Assembly: GCA_963810275.1 (NCBI GenBank)
Contig: CAWENF010000021.1
Span: 64,001-128,000 of the forward strand
Origin: an uncultured archaeon
GTDB lineage: Archaea > Thermoproteota > Bathyarchaeia > Bathyarchaeales > Bathycorpusculaceae
DNA length: 64,000 nucleotides
Reading direction: 5' to 3'
Shown here: positions 1 to 9,294 of the stretch, piece after piece
How the letters are laid out: every line of letters starts with the position of its first letter
Position numbering within the stretch: the stretch's first letter is position 1
Made by a program: the position numbers and the translations under genes
Notes under the pieces: generated by a model
Told to the model about the DNA's origin: nothing
Seen by the model: the letters and a program-made list of their open reading frames with translations, nothing else
Databases searched by the model: none

Positions 1-117
1 CAGGTGCAACACCCCAGGGGGATCTTGTCTTGTTTTTGGCTCTGGCGGGACTCTTTGAAACTAGACATCCTAGTTGCAAGACGCTATGAATCGCCCGCTG
101 AATCACCAAGCATACTT

Positions 118-216
118 ATGTCTTTTATTTCACCGCCAAAAAAATGCAGCTATTGCAAAGCGGAAGTAGATGACTCTACTGTTTTCTGCTCAAAATGTAA
201 CCATTCAGTTAAATGA
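118..216 (+). CDS. Possible small zinc-ribbon protein (32 aa)
   Basis: From ATG 118: MSFISPPKKCSYCKAEVDDSTVFCSKCNHSVK, a CxxC-x10-CxxC pattern. The upstream part of ORF 4..216 looks non-coding. Confidence 0.4.
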   Translation: MSFISPPKKCSYCKAEVDDSTVFCSKCNHSVK

Positions 217-408
217 GATTTGACCAAAAGCATATGCATAGAATCCGATTATCTATCAGACGTCAATCTACCGTTTAGCTATAACATGTAAATGGGGTAT
301 AAATTGAAACATGTGAACTGTTATTGCCTTATGGCGACAACATACCCTTATATGACTATATATTAACAGTCTTTTAGTACACTTTTACCCACGTCCCATT
401 ATATTCTG

Positions 409-2391
409 GTGAAGGACTTGGATTTTTCTATAATTTTCATTATAATACTCGAAGTTTTAATGGCGGTTCTTGCAGCATGGCTTATAAAAAAGGGCTCAGA
501 AATCAATTCGCCAAGGGAATCTTGGAAGGTGCTCTTCCCACTTGCCATGATGGTCGAGCTATTTGTCAGCATTGTCATTTACCTATACGTTCCAGAGGTA
601 CTCGCTGGATTAGCAGTCTCCAGCATGTGGATAATGCTTGTTATAGGCTTCCTTTGCGGCATAGTGTATTTTCTTGGACCTAAGACCATGGATGAAACCG
701 TTGGAGGGATTGTACGGGCAAAGTCCCTAATTAGCGCGTTGATCATCACCTTTGTTCTTTTGTTTGAATTATTCATGGGGTGGGCATTTGCGCTTCTTGT
801 AGGTACAATTCCAATCTCTGTTGACTTCCAAGGAATTTATTCAGCGCTAATTAGTTCTGCAAGTTCTTTCTGGTTTATTTTCATGACATCTATTGAGATG
901 GCAATTACTCTGTTTTTTGCAAGAAACAAGTTGCCAAAGGCATTCGTCGTGATAATGGCTTCTCAGACTTTGATAATGCTTCTTGCACCCACCTCGATTG
1001 CTAACTCTTTTTGGGTTGATTTCTCCTTGATTACTGGCAGCGCAGTTATGATTATTCTTTTTATTTACATTTTTGAATTCTTATACAAAAATCGAACTAC
1101 AAACTTGGGTGTTCTGAATTATCTGCTCTTTCTCTCGCTGGCCTATGCCTTAATGATGGCGGGTCAGTTTGTCTGGCTACTTAATGGTGACGCCACACTT
1201 TTTGTAGTGTCTATAATAGTGGAAATGGCAGTTTTCTTTGGAGTTATATTAGACGAAAGAAGACTTGCTTCTTCGCCTAGACGTTGGCAGTCAAGACCTT
1301 ACTGGGCCTTTGGAATCCTTGTTCTGTTATTTATATCCGAGTTCTTTATGGGAGCAGTCTTGGACATTCAGGCTTACGGGACAAGTTTTTTCACAAATAT
1401 GAATTTTGCTTCCGCGACAGGATCATTCATGGATGCCCTTAGCGCGGGCTTTTTCAATTTCATAACGTTCTTTAGCTCTATATCATTGTCGCCATGGTAT
1501 CTTATAATGATGGGAATAGAGATGGGAGCGCTTGTAGCTCTCAGAATAAGGTATACTCGAATACGTGAAATAAAGGTAATGTTTGCGCTTATGATTCTTG
1601 CCTATAGCCTATACACAGTACTTATACCTTATTTCATATTGCCCCAAGGAGTTCTTAGCCAAACACCATGGCTAGGTTGGAACATGGGGATAGGAACCGA
1701 AGGCGCCATTGTACCAACTATACTAACAGCGTTAATTGGCACATATCTGGTCAGCGGCATCCTTTCATTCCTTTTTGGCAGCAGGCAACTTTGCTCCGTA
1801 ATGTGCATGGCCCCTCTCATGTACCAAGGGACAACTATAGATGCCATGAAATCATTTAACGAAACCGGTCCGCTTGCACGTAGACTGCTCACCAACAAAA
1901 CCTCACTTTTTTACAAGGTGGTAGTATCGATAGTATGGCTCTCCTTGTTGGTTGGAGCAGTATTGTCCTACCTAACTGCAGTTGGAATTACAGATATCTC
2001 CGTATTTGGCATGGACCCAGCCTTTTTCCTATATTTATTATACTTTGGCTTTCTATGGTATATTTTATGGATGCTGATTCCCTTTGTCGGAACTTACGCC
2101 TGCGCGACAACTGGCATGTGTGGCTGGGGAGCATTCAACCAGCTTATATCCAGAGTGGGACTGTTTAAGCTAAAAGTAAAAGATAAATCAGTTTGTGTAC
2201 GCTGTTCAACGTGGGATTGTGCATGCGTCTGTCCTACAGGACTCACAAATTTGCCTTCCGAATTCATTGCCAAAGGTGAATATAAAAACTACAAATGCAT
2301 TGGCTGCGGGAACTGTGTCTCAGCTTGCCCATACAAAATTATGTCATTTTACGATGTAAGGCACTTCTTGAGGGAGAAGTTTCGAAATTAA
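409..2391 (+). CDS. Polytopic membrane protein with C-terminal 4Fe-4S ferredoxin domain (NapH/MauN/CcoG-like; resembles Sulfolobales SoxI/FoxG type)
   Basis: 660 aa with many TM segments. Cys motifs CSVMCMAP, CATTGMC, CVRCSTWDCACVCP and CIGCGNCVSACP. Confidence 0.8.
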   Translation: MKDLDFSIIFIIILEVLMAVLAAWLIKKGSEINSPRESWKVLFPLAMMVELFVSIVIYLYVPEVLAGLAVSSMWIMLVIGFLCGIVYFLGPKTMDETVGGIVRAKSLISALIITFVLLFELFMGWAFALLVGTIPISVDFQGIYSALISSASSFWFIFMTSIEMAITLFFARNKLPKAFVVIMASQTLIMLLAPTSIANSFWVDFSLITGSAVMIILFIYIFEFLYKNRTTNLGVLNYLLFLSLAYALMMAGQFVWLLNGDATLFVVSIIVEMAVFFGVILDERRLASSPRRWQSRPYWAFGILVLLFISEFFMGAVLDIQAYGTSFFTNMNFASATGSFMDALSAGFFNFITFFSSISLSPWYLIMMGIEMGALVALRIRYTRIREIKVMFALMILAYSLYTVLIPYFILPQGVLSQTPWLGWNMGIGTEGAIVPTILTALIGTYLVSGILSFLFGSRQLCSVMCMAPLMYQGTTIDAMKSFNETGPLARRLLTNKTSLFYKVVVSIVWLSLLVGAVLSYLTAVGITDISVFGMDPAFFLYLLYFGFLWYILWMLIPFVGTYACATTGMCGWGAFNQLISRVGLFKLKVKDKSVCVRCSTWDCACVCPTGLTNLPSEFIAKGEYKNYKCIGCGNCVSACPYKIMSFYDVRHFLREKFRN

Positions 2392-2610
2392 GTGCTATTG
2401 CAAAAAAGAAAAATCTCTTTTTACAACCTGCCAATTCAACTTCATCATGTAAGCCCTAAGCGTTCTTCCAACTTGGGGAAATAAATCCCATTAACCCTTA
2501 AGTGGATGCCCGCCTGTTCACCCATGCAAGTTTTGATTTTCAAATAAGGTATAATAGGTTCGCATAACAAATTATCTTTGAAAATTCTAGAATAAAGGAA
2601 GACAAATCCT

Positions 2611-4053
2611 TTGACAAGGAAGGGATTATATATATTTTTTGCGCTTCTGCTCTTGACTAACTTAATGGCTTCAATTTTGCTTGGAACATTAAACGTTGCT
2701 GTGGCAGAGCATCAAAACAGAGTAGACGCCATGGCAACCTCTCAATCCACTGACGACTGGCCAATGTTTCACCATGACGTTTACCACTCAGGTTATTCCA
2801 CATCCGCGGCTCCAACAACAAACCAGCTCCTTTGGAAATACGAAACCGGCAATATGGTTGAATCTTCGCCTATTGTCGCCAACGGCATAGTCTATGCAGG
2901 CTCTGATGACGGTTTTGTCTACACCTTGAATTCTTCAACTGGCAAATTGATATGGAAATACTCAATAGGTCCGATGGTGGATTCTTCGCCCGCTGTTGCT
3001 AACGACGTAGTCTATATCGGAGCACTAAATCGTGATGGCAACATAAGCATCATTTATGCTTTGAACGCTACAACAGGCATTCAAATATGGAACTTAACAA
3101 CATGCGGACCTGTAGGATCTTCTCCCACTTCCGCCAATGGCACAGTTTATGTAAGCGCCTACATCGGGTTTTTTAAAGGTGCAATTTATGCTTTGACCGC
3201 CGCAACAGGCGAATTAATATGGAACTACCAAACAGATGGAGGAATGGAATCTTCTCCTGCTGTTGCCAACGGCGTAGTCTATGTTGGGTCAAATGACTGC
3301 ATGGTCTATGCTTTGAATCAAGCAAGTGGAGCATTGCTATGGAACTTCACAACGGGCGGGAGTGTGACTTCTTCTCCCTCAGTTGCTAATGGTGTTGTAT
3401 ATGTTGGTTCATGGGATGATAACGTATATGCTTTGAATGCTGTAACTGGCAAGCTATTATGGAATTATACAACAGGCTTAAATGTGGGGTCATCACCCGC
3501 AGTAGTCGATGGCGTAGTCTACATTGGTTCAGAAGACGGGAACGTATACGCTTTGAATGCAGCAACTGGATCTTTAGTATGGGAATACACAACAAAAGGG
3601 GCAGTTTGGTCATCCCCTGCAGTCATTAACGGAGTGGTCTACATAGGGTCAGAAGACAGAAACATGTATGCCTTGGATGCTAAAACAGGCACACAATTAT
3701 GGAACTTTACAACAGGTAAACAAGTAGAGTCTTCGCCCGCTGTATCCAACGGAGTAATCTATGTGGGCTCAAATGATGGTAACGTATATGCCTTTGGAAC
3801 AAACACTGTGTCATCATTAAACCCAACCTCTAATAGCTCCCTTCAGCCATCGCCCTCAGCTTCTTTCTCAACGTTACTTATTGTCATACTCGCCATTATG
3901 ATTGCTGCAGTTATAACCATAGTCATAGCTTCTCTACCATTCAAGCGGAAAGCAAAAACAAACAGAAAAGCCGACAATATCCCCGAAAAAATAGAAATGA
4001 AAATGCCAAATTGCATAAAAACAGATTTTACTCAAAGTCTCAAACCTGAATGA
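2611..4053 (+). CDS. Membrane-anchored PQQ-like/BamB-type beta-propeller repeat protein
   Basis: Signal peptide, WPMFHHD motif, ~8 repeats of SSP(A/S)V.NGVVY.GS.DG.VYAL.A.TG.L.W, Ser/Pro linker and C-terminal TM. Confidence 0.9.
   Translation: MTRKGLYIFFALLLLTNLMASILLGTLNVAVAEHQNRVDAMATSQSTDDWPMFHHDVYHSGYSTSAAPTTNQLLWKYETGNMVESSPIVANGIVYAGSDDGFVYTLNSSTGKLIWKYSIGPMVDSSPAVANDVVYIGALNRDGNISIIYALNATTGIQIWNLTTCGPVGSSPTSANGTVYVSAYIGFFKGAIYALTAATGELIWNYQTDGGMESSPAVANGVVYVGSNDCMVYALNQASGALLWNFTTGGSVTSSPSVANGVVYVGSWDDNVYALNAVTGKLLWNYTTGLNVGSSPAVVDGVVYIGSEDGNVYALNAATGSLVWEYTTKGAVWSSPAVINGVVYIGSEDRNMYALDAKTGTQLWNFTTGKQVESSPAVSNGVIYVGSNDGNVYAFGTNTVSSLNPTSNSSLQPSPSASFSTLLIVILAIMIAAVITIVIASLPFKRKAKTNRKADNIPEKIEMKMPNCIKTDFTQSLKPE
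3214..3795 (+). repeat. ~120-bp imperfect tandem repeats encoding beta-propeller blades
   Basis: Units such as tatgctttgaat, tatggaa and tcttc(t/g)cc recur at 120-bp spacing. Confidence 0.75.
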
Positions 4054-4124
4054 TTGAAGTAGTGTCCATTAACCCACAAGTGGTTAAATATAAAGAAAAG
4101 CTCCTTATTCTTGGGCATGTGATA

Positions 4125-4553
4125 ATGAGCATGGACACTAGTAGTTTTACTTACATGAATAATTATCTTACTACAATATCCATTTCATTAATGCTAGTAG
4201 CTCTAGGGATCGCAATCAGCGGAATAGGTTTTGCCCGACTCAGAACCATGGAAGGACAAAAAGTTCATCGTTGGATGATGAGCGGAGGAGTCATTTTAAG
4301 CTTAATATCAATTTCCTTAGTCATGTTTCCTTCCCTGTTTATGTACTATTTAGGCGGTTACAGTATTACTTCTGGATTCTCAATTCTGCAGATAATTCAT
4401 TCAGTTGAAGGCGCTCCGGCGGTAGCATTATCTTTAATGTACCTCTTTAATGATTTACCTACACATACACGCAAATGGATGCGGATAACAGCTGTTCTAT
4501 GGATAACAAGTGTTGCACTAGGTGTAGCTGTCTATTGGACTATGCCATTTTAA
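4125..4553 (+). CDS. DUF420-like membrane protein (oxidase-associated)
   Basis: 4 TM helices, HRWMM and IH motifs. Converges on heme O synthase. Start moved from 4050 to ATG 4125 because a TATA-like sequence lies at 4085-4094. Confidence 0.7.
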   Translation: MSMDTSSFTYMNNYLTTISISLMLVALGIAISGIGFARLRTMEGQKVHRWMMSGGVILSLISISLVMFPSLFMYYLGGYSITSGFSILQIIHSVEGAPAVALSLMYLFNDLPTHTRKWMRITAVLWITSVALGVAVYWTMPF

Positions 4554-4554
4554 C

Positions 4555-5424
4555 CTAAACCACGCCCAAAACAATTTTATCAACTACAAGACCAAGCATT
4601 AAGGCTGCCAAGTAGGGCATAGATGCAAAGAAAACCCTAAATCCGTTTGCTTCAGAGGGCACCAAAGTAAGCCTTCTACTCTCAAGCAGTAGCCAAGCAC
4701 CCCCAGACAGCGCAAACAAAGTATACATGCCTCCAGCTAACCCCAGAACGGGTAATATTAAAGTTGACGCCACGGTAGCTATGTTAAAGAAAAAAACGAT
4801 CTTTGCCGTTAACCCTAAACCCGCCGTGACAGGAAGCATAGGAATCTTAGCCCGCCGATACTCAGCTACCTTCTTGATGGCAAGCCCCCACAGATGCCCC
4901 GGCGTCCAAAGAAAATCAACCGTTGAAACCAGAAACGGCAATGCACCCACAGAGTTCGCTACAGCTGTCCAGCCTGAAAGAGCAGCAAAGCACCCTGCAA
5001 GTCCACCTATGACCACATTCCAATTGCTTGTGCGTTTCAAAAGAATGGTGTATACCAACAGGTAAAAGATTGCCCCCGAAAACATCATGACAGCAGTTAA
5101 GGCGTTGAAAAAGTAGTAGCTCATACCTAAGCCTGCTCCAATTAGAAGCACTCCAAAAATCAATCCCTTCCCAGACGTAATCTTCCCTGAAGGAATTGCC
5201 CGCTTTGAGGTTCTCTGCATGAGCAGATCAGAGTCCCGGTCGTATACACAATTCAATGCGCCGCATCCTCCACAGGCTAGGTATCCAGCAAGACAAAAAA
5301 TCGTTAAATCTAACCAATTGATTGATGGATAAGCTGCAAGGAAGAAGCAAGTTATCCCAACCAGTAGGTTAAGCAACGTCACCTTGGGTTTGGTTAACTC
5401 TAAGTACTTGAGAATTTTATCCAT
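4555..5424 (-). CDS. cyoE: Protoheme IX farnesyltransferase (heme O synthase)
   Basis: Motifs LTKPKV, NCVYDRDSDLLMQRT..R.IPSG, YTILLKR, WTPGH and EY..A.IPMLPV. Confidence 0.95.
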   Translation of the reverse strand: MDKILKYLELTKPKVTLLNLLVGITCFFLAAYPSINWLDLTIFCLAGYLACGGCGALNCVYDRDSDLLMQRTSKRAIPSGKITSGKGLIFGVLLIGAGLGMSYYFFNALTAVMMFSGAIFYLLVYTILLKRTSNWNVVIGGLAGCFAALSGWTAVANSVGALPFLVSTVDFLWTPGHLWGLAIKKVAEYRRAKIPMLPVTAGLGLTAKIVFFFNIATVASTLILPVLGLAGGMYTLFALSGGAWLLLESRRLTLVPSEANGFRVFFASMPYLAALMLGLVVDKIVLGVV

Positions 5425-5445
5425 TTTCTCCTTACCTTTTGGCTA

Positions 5446-5949
5446 TCATCCATAATCGGCGATAATAGTAACCGTGCCCCAAAGCCCTTTTTCAGTTTGA
5501 CCAGAAATTGGGCTTGTATAGAAAAAGGAGGTACCTACAATGTTTGGGTTAAAAACAACCGAACCGCTTTCTCCTTGCTGTAATGGATTGCTAACTGACC
5601 CTATAGCTGCATCAAAGACTACGGAAGATTCTGATCGTCGATCATTTGTGATTTGGAAAGCATGCGGCATCTTTCCAATATTAATCACCGTTAAATTGAC
5701 TAAATCACTTGTTTTAAACCTAAGAGTTGGTCCTGGAGTTGATAATTTGTTTGGTTCAGTTCCAAATCCGTATTGTGTATCAGATATTTCTCCTGCATAA
5801 AGCGTGATGTTTAATGTTGGAATCTCAGATGAAGCTGTTCCAGCAATGTAAGGTTGCTGTATAGGTAAAAGCAAGAAGAGTGCTACTGCAACGATAAGCG
5901 CAATTGCACACGCTGCTATGACAACCAATGGATAATAAGACTTGTCCAT
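5446..5949 (-). CDS. Membrane-anchored cupredoxin-fold protein lacking type-1 copper ligands
   Basis: Paralog of 9295..9894 (TLYAG, PGPTL, PHAF), but FYTSPISGQTEKGLWG replaces YVCTVPGHISLGMWG. Confidence 0.8.
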   Translation of the reverse strand: MDKSYYPLVVIAACAIALIVAVALFLLLPIQQPYIAGTASSEIPTLNITLYAGEISDTQYGFGTEPNKLSTPGPTLRFKTSDLVNLTVINIGKMPHAFQITNDRRSESSVVFDAAIGSVSNPLQQGESGSVVFNPNIVGTSFFYTSPISGQTEKGLWGTVTIIADYG

Positions 5950-5952
5950 TCC

Positions 5953-6216
5953 CTATCGCCCCACCGAAAGTATAGCCGTAACAATTAACGTGCTAATAGT
6001 AATAATTGCCAGAAGCGGAAGCAGAGATATAACTTTTTTTTCATACCGCAAATTCATAAAAAAGGCAGCATTTGTAACAGCTTGTGAGCCAGCTAAAATG
6101 AGTATACTAACAGCTTTATATTCAACTGATAGAGCGGTTGTGAAAATATAGATCTCGCCAAAAGTTGCCGCTACTAATAACCCCCAGATACTTATGTACA
6201 ATGTTTTTCTGTCCAT
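5953..6216 (-). CDS. Heme-copper oxidase subunit IV (CyoD/CtaF family)
   Basis: 87 aa, 3 TM helices, Q.......FMNLRYE motif. SD GGAGTG upstream of ATG 6216. Follows subunit III. Confidence 0.85.
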   Translation of the reverse strand: MDRKTLYISIWGLLVAATFGEIYIFTTALSVEYKAVSILILAGSQAVTNAAFFMNLRYEKKVISLLPLLAIITISTLIVTAILSVGR

Positions 6217-6227
6217 TTTTTTCACTC

Positions 6228-7019
6228 CTATATCAAATAGAAAAGCGGGAAAAGAAAAATCCAAACAATGTCGACAAACGCCCAATAGATTCCAATAAGC
6301 TCAAGCGAAGTATGCGATAAAGGCGTAAATCGACCAGCAAAGCCTTTAGCCATAAGATAGGTAAGCCCACCTAAACCTATGCCTACATGAATGGCGTGTA
6401 ACCCCATCAATGTATAGTAACTAGAAGGTGCTAGTCCCCCAGTTATTACAAATCCGTTAGCAATCTCTCGCGGCCATTCGATGGCAAGTTTAACCATCAA
6501 AAATAACGAGCCTAAAGTGAAGGCACTTAGCAGCCCCATCTTTATGCCTAGTTGATCATTTTTTCTTGCTGATTGGACAGCAAGAACCATCGCCAGACTG
6601 CTCGTTAAAAGGAAAACAGTATTTACAGCCCCAATGACGACATTATGTGTCTCTCCAGCTACTGGCCACGTTGGGCTTCCTAATCGTACATATATATATC
6701 CGAAGATTATGCAGCCAAACAACACTATCTCGGACATTAGAAAAACCCAGACACCAATTTTCTCTTTGCTGGCAGTTTCAAAGGGCCATTTTTCTCTTAC
6801 GGGCTCCTTGACTACTGCATACTTGTCATGGTAGTCGTCTATGAACCATTTTACAACAGCACCCGCGATTATCACTAACCCAGCTATTGCAAGCGGGATA
6901 AACATGATAAATCCATATAGAAAAAGAATTGTACCGATCGCGATAACTACTGGAAGAAAAGTCCGTTTTTTTGGTTCTTCATCTATGGTGTTGTCCTGTT
7001 CATTCGTAGTCGTTGACAT
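6228..7019 (-). CDS. coxC: Heme-copper oxidase subunit III
   Basis: Motifs GVWVFLMSEIVLF, NTVFLLTSS, GLHAIHV and YWAFVDIVWIFLFPLFY. SD GGAGG upstream of ATG 7019. Confidence 0.93.
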   Translation of the reverse strand: MSTTTNEQDNTIDEEPKKRTFLPVVIAIGTILFLYGFIMFIPLAIAGLVIIAGAVVKWFIDDYHDKYAVVKEPVREKWPFETASKEKIGVWVFLMSEIVLFGCIIFGYIYVRLGSPTWPVAGETHNVVIGAVNTVFLLTSSLAMVLAVQSARKNDQLGIKMGLLSAFTLGSLFLMVKLAIEWPREIANGFVITGGLAPSSYYTLMGLHAIHVGIGLGGLTYLMAKGFAGRFTPLSHTSLELIGIYWAFVDIVWIFLFPLFYLI

Positions 7020-7020
7020 C

Positions 7021-8580
7021 TTAGCCGCCTCCTCCTTTTTCCACTGTTGATTCAGGCATGTCTGGTTCTGCCGAGATATAATCACCGGTCCATTCAGGTG
7101 CTACTGCATCCCACGGGTTTGGTTTGCAACGCTTGCCTCTAAAGGCGCTATGTCCAATATTTATAAAAGAAATTAAGAGAACAGGACCAAAGATAAGTGC
7201 GCCTATTGTAGCAACTAAATTAAAGGGCCACCATTCAGGATTGCTACCATAGCTGGCTACTCTTCTTGGCATGTCTACAAGCAAAAAGTATGGAAAATAA
7301 AGAACGTTGAAACCTAAGAACGAAAAAAGAAAAGTAATCTTTCCAATTTTCTCGTTGTACATTCTGCCTGTGATTTTAGGGAACCAGTAGTAGAGTGCAG
7401 CTACTAGACCAAAGATTGTGGTCCCCACCATTACATAATGAAAGTGTCCTACAACCCAGTAAGTACCTCTATAAGCATAATCCAAAGCTATTGAGGCCTG
7501 AAAAACACCTGTGATTCCGCCCAAAATTACGAAAAATAAAGCGCCCATTGCATAGAGCATAGGTGTAGGAATTTTCAAAGCGCTTTTGCGCAAAGTGAGA
7601 ATCAAACCAATAACTAAGCCCTCAAAAGGAACAGAAATCGCCATTGTCGTCAGGGAAAAAACTTCTCTAACTTGCAAGCTTATTCCTGTCATAAACATGT
7701 GATGGATCCATACTCCAGCACTAAGCACCGTAACTGCAGCCATTTCTATTATGAAAACTTTCTTCTGGAAAAGGGGTCTTTTACTGAATGTAACGAATAT
7801 CTCTGCTATGGCACCGAGAGCAGGGAGAACCACTATGTATACTTCGGGGTGTCCAAAAAACCAGAAAAATTGGTCCCATAAAAGTGCCCCCCCAAGAGGA
7901 CTGGAAAAGAATACAGTACCAAATACGCGGTCAGTAATAAGCAAGACAGCGGCTGCTGCTATGGGCGGAAAGGCAAAGAGCATCAGAAAATTTGTAAACA
8001 AAACAGACCAAGTGAACGGAGGCATTTTCCACCAGTGCATGCTTTTGATTCGTGTTCTAAGAATGGTAGTTATGAAATTAACTGAAGACATAGTAACTGA
8101 AGCCGCAAGTATACCTAACGCAAGAACACCAATAGCCATTCCAGGTTGCGGCATGTAAGCGCTTGTATTAAGCGGCGCATACATTGTCCAACCTGCTTGT
8201 GGTCCACCGCCTGGCAAAAATATGGTACTCACAAGCATAAGCCCGCTTAAAACGTACAACCAATAGCTCATTGCGTTTAATCTGGGAAAAGCCATTTCTT
8301 TTGCGCCTATCTGTGTTGGAACAAAATAGTTAGCCAAAGCTATTCCAAAAGGAGACAAAAACCAAAGAATCATTATCAAACCATGAAAACTAATGGCTTG
8401 TTCGTAAAGACCAGGTGTAAGAAGCCCACCATTTGGAACAGCCAGTTGGCCTCGAACCGTCTCCGCTATGGTACCGGCTAAAGTAAGAAAAAATATAGAA
8501 GTAACCAGATATAGAAGACCAACGTCTTTGTGGTTGGTAGTAGTTAACCATCTTTTTAGTGAAAACCCTTTTTCGTACAC
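7021..8580 (-). CDS. coxA: Heme-copper oxidase subunit I, A-family (A1-like GHPEVY)
   Basis: Motifs TTNHKDVG, FHGLIM, MAFPRLN, GWTMYAPL, WFFGHPEVY, WIHHMF, GHFHYV and MPRR. Confidence 0.97.
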   Translation of the reverse strand: MYEKGFSLKRWLTTTNHKDVGLLYLVTSIFFLTLAGTIAETVRGQLAVPNGGLLTPGLYEQAISFHGLIMILWFLSPFGIALANYFVPTQIGAKEMAFPRLNAMSYWLYVLSGLMLVSTIFLPGGGPQAGWTMYAPLNTSAYMPQPGMAIGVLALGILAASVTMSSVNFITTILRTRIKSMHWWKMPPFTWSVLFTNFLMLFAFPPIAAAAVLLITDRVFGTVFFSSPLGGALLWDQFFWFFGHPEVYIVVLPALGAIAEIFVTFSKRPLFQKKVFIIEMAAVTVLSAGVWIHHMFMTGISLQVREVFSLTTMAISVPFEGLVIGLILTLRKSALKIPTPMLYAMGALFFVILGGITGVFQASIALDYAYRGTYWVVGHFHYVMVGTTIFGLVAALYYWFPKITGRMYNEKIGKITFLFSFLGFNVLYFPYFLLVDMPRRVASYGSNPEWWPFNLVATIGALIFGPVLLISFINIGHSAFRGKRCKPNPWDAVAPEWTGDYISAEPDMPESTVEKGGGG

Positions 8581-8583
8581 TTT

Positions 8584-9246
8584 CTAACTTACTCCTTGGC
8601 TTGCAGCGGTCTGGTTTAGCCATTGAGCAAATGCTTGTTGACTCATGACTACTAGATTAGCATCCATGAAGGTATGTCCAATTCCGCAGAGTTCATAACA
8701 TTTAATTTGATAAGTGAGTTCATTCTGTCCCTCGAGGGAGGGCACGCTTAACCAAATGATATTGTATCTATCGGGTATAGCATCAGTTTTAATCTTGAAC
8801 TGCGGTAATCCAAAATCATGCATAACGTCCTTGCTTGTAACATTAAAAATAACAGTCGTATCCACAGGGATTCTACAATCAGTGGCTACAGTTACATTGT
8901 TTGGATAAGTGAATTCAAATGCCCACTGGAAGGCAGTAACATCGATAACTATAGCATTTGGATCATTAGGCGGTGTTTGAATTCCATAAGCAACTTGATC
9001 AGACAGTATCGATAAAGTGAAAAGTATACTTAAAGAAACCATGGCAAGAACAATTGCTTCTCTTGCTCTGGATTTGAAATGTACTTTAGATATCTTGAAT
9101 TCCCGTCGCCCGACGTTCTTACGGTTAACATAAGCATAATAAACCATATAGCCAACTACTATGCCGCCAGCTACTATCCCTATTATGAAAAATGGTGTGA
9201 AAAGATTGTAGTAAGTTTCCGCTGTCGGGGGAATCGGCAAACTCAT
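8584..9246 (-). CDS. coxB: Heme-copper oxidase subunit II with CuA centre
   Basis: 2 TM helices, FQWAF, DVMH and CYELCGIGHTFM. No CxxCH heme c motif. Confidence 0.95.
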   Translation of the reverse strand: MSLPIPPTAETYYNLFTPFFIIGIVAGGIVVGYMVYYAYVNRKNVGRREFKISKVHFKSRAREAIVLAMVSLSILFTLSILSDQVAYGIQTPPNDPNAIVIDVTAFQWAFEFTYPNNVTVATDCRIPVDTTVIFNVTSKDVMHDFGLPQFKIKTDAIPDRYNIIWLSVPSLEGQNELTYQIKCYELCGIGHTFMDANLVVMSQQAFAQWLNQTAASQGVS

Positions 9247-9294
9247 TTTTTATCTCCTTCAATAATTTTAAGTCTTAAAAAATCATAAAAACTG

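Noticed and set aside
1-68. Possible minus-strand gene start (MSSFKESRQSQKQDKIPLGCCT...) running off the window
   Set aside because: Only 22 codons are visible, so it cannot be supported or identified.
2780-3800. Regularly spaced repeats suggestive of a CRISPR array or DGR
   Set aside because: They are in-frame degenerate beta-propeller coding repeats. There are no identical repeats with unique spacers and no cas or reverse transcriptase gene.
7021-8580. Subunit I as a nitric oxide reductase or quinol oxidase
   Set aside because: The HPEVY Tyr, D-channel residues, subunits III/IV and an intact CuA site in subunit II fit an A-family O2 reductase.
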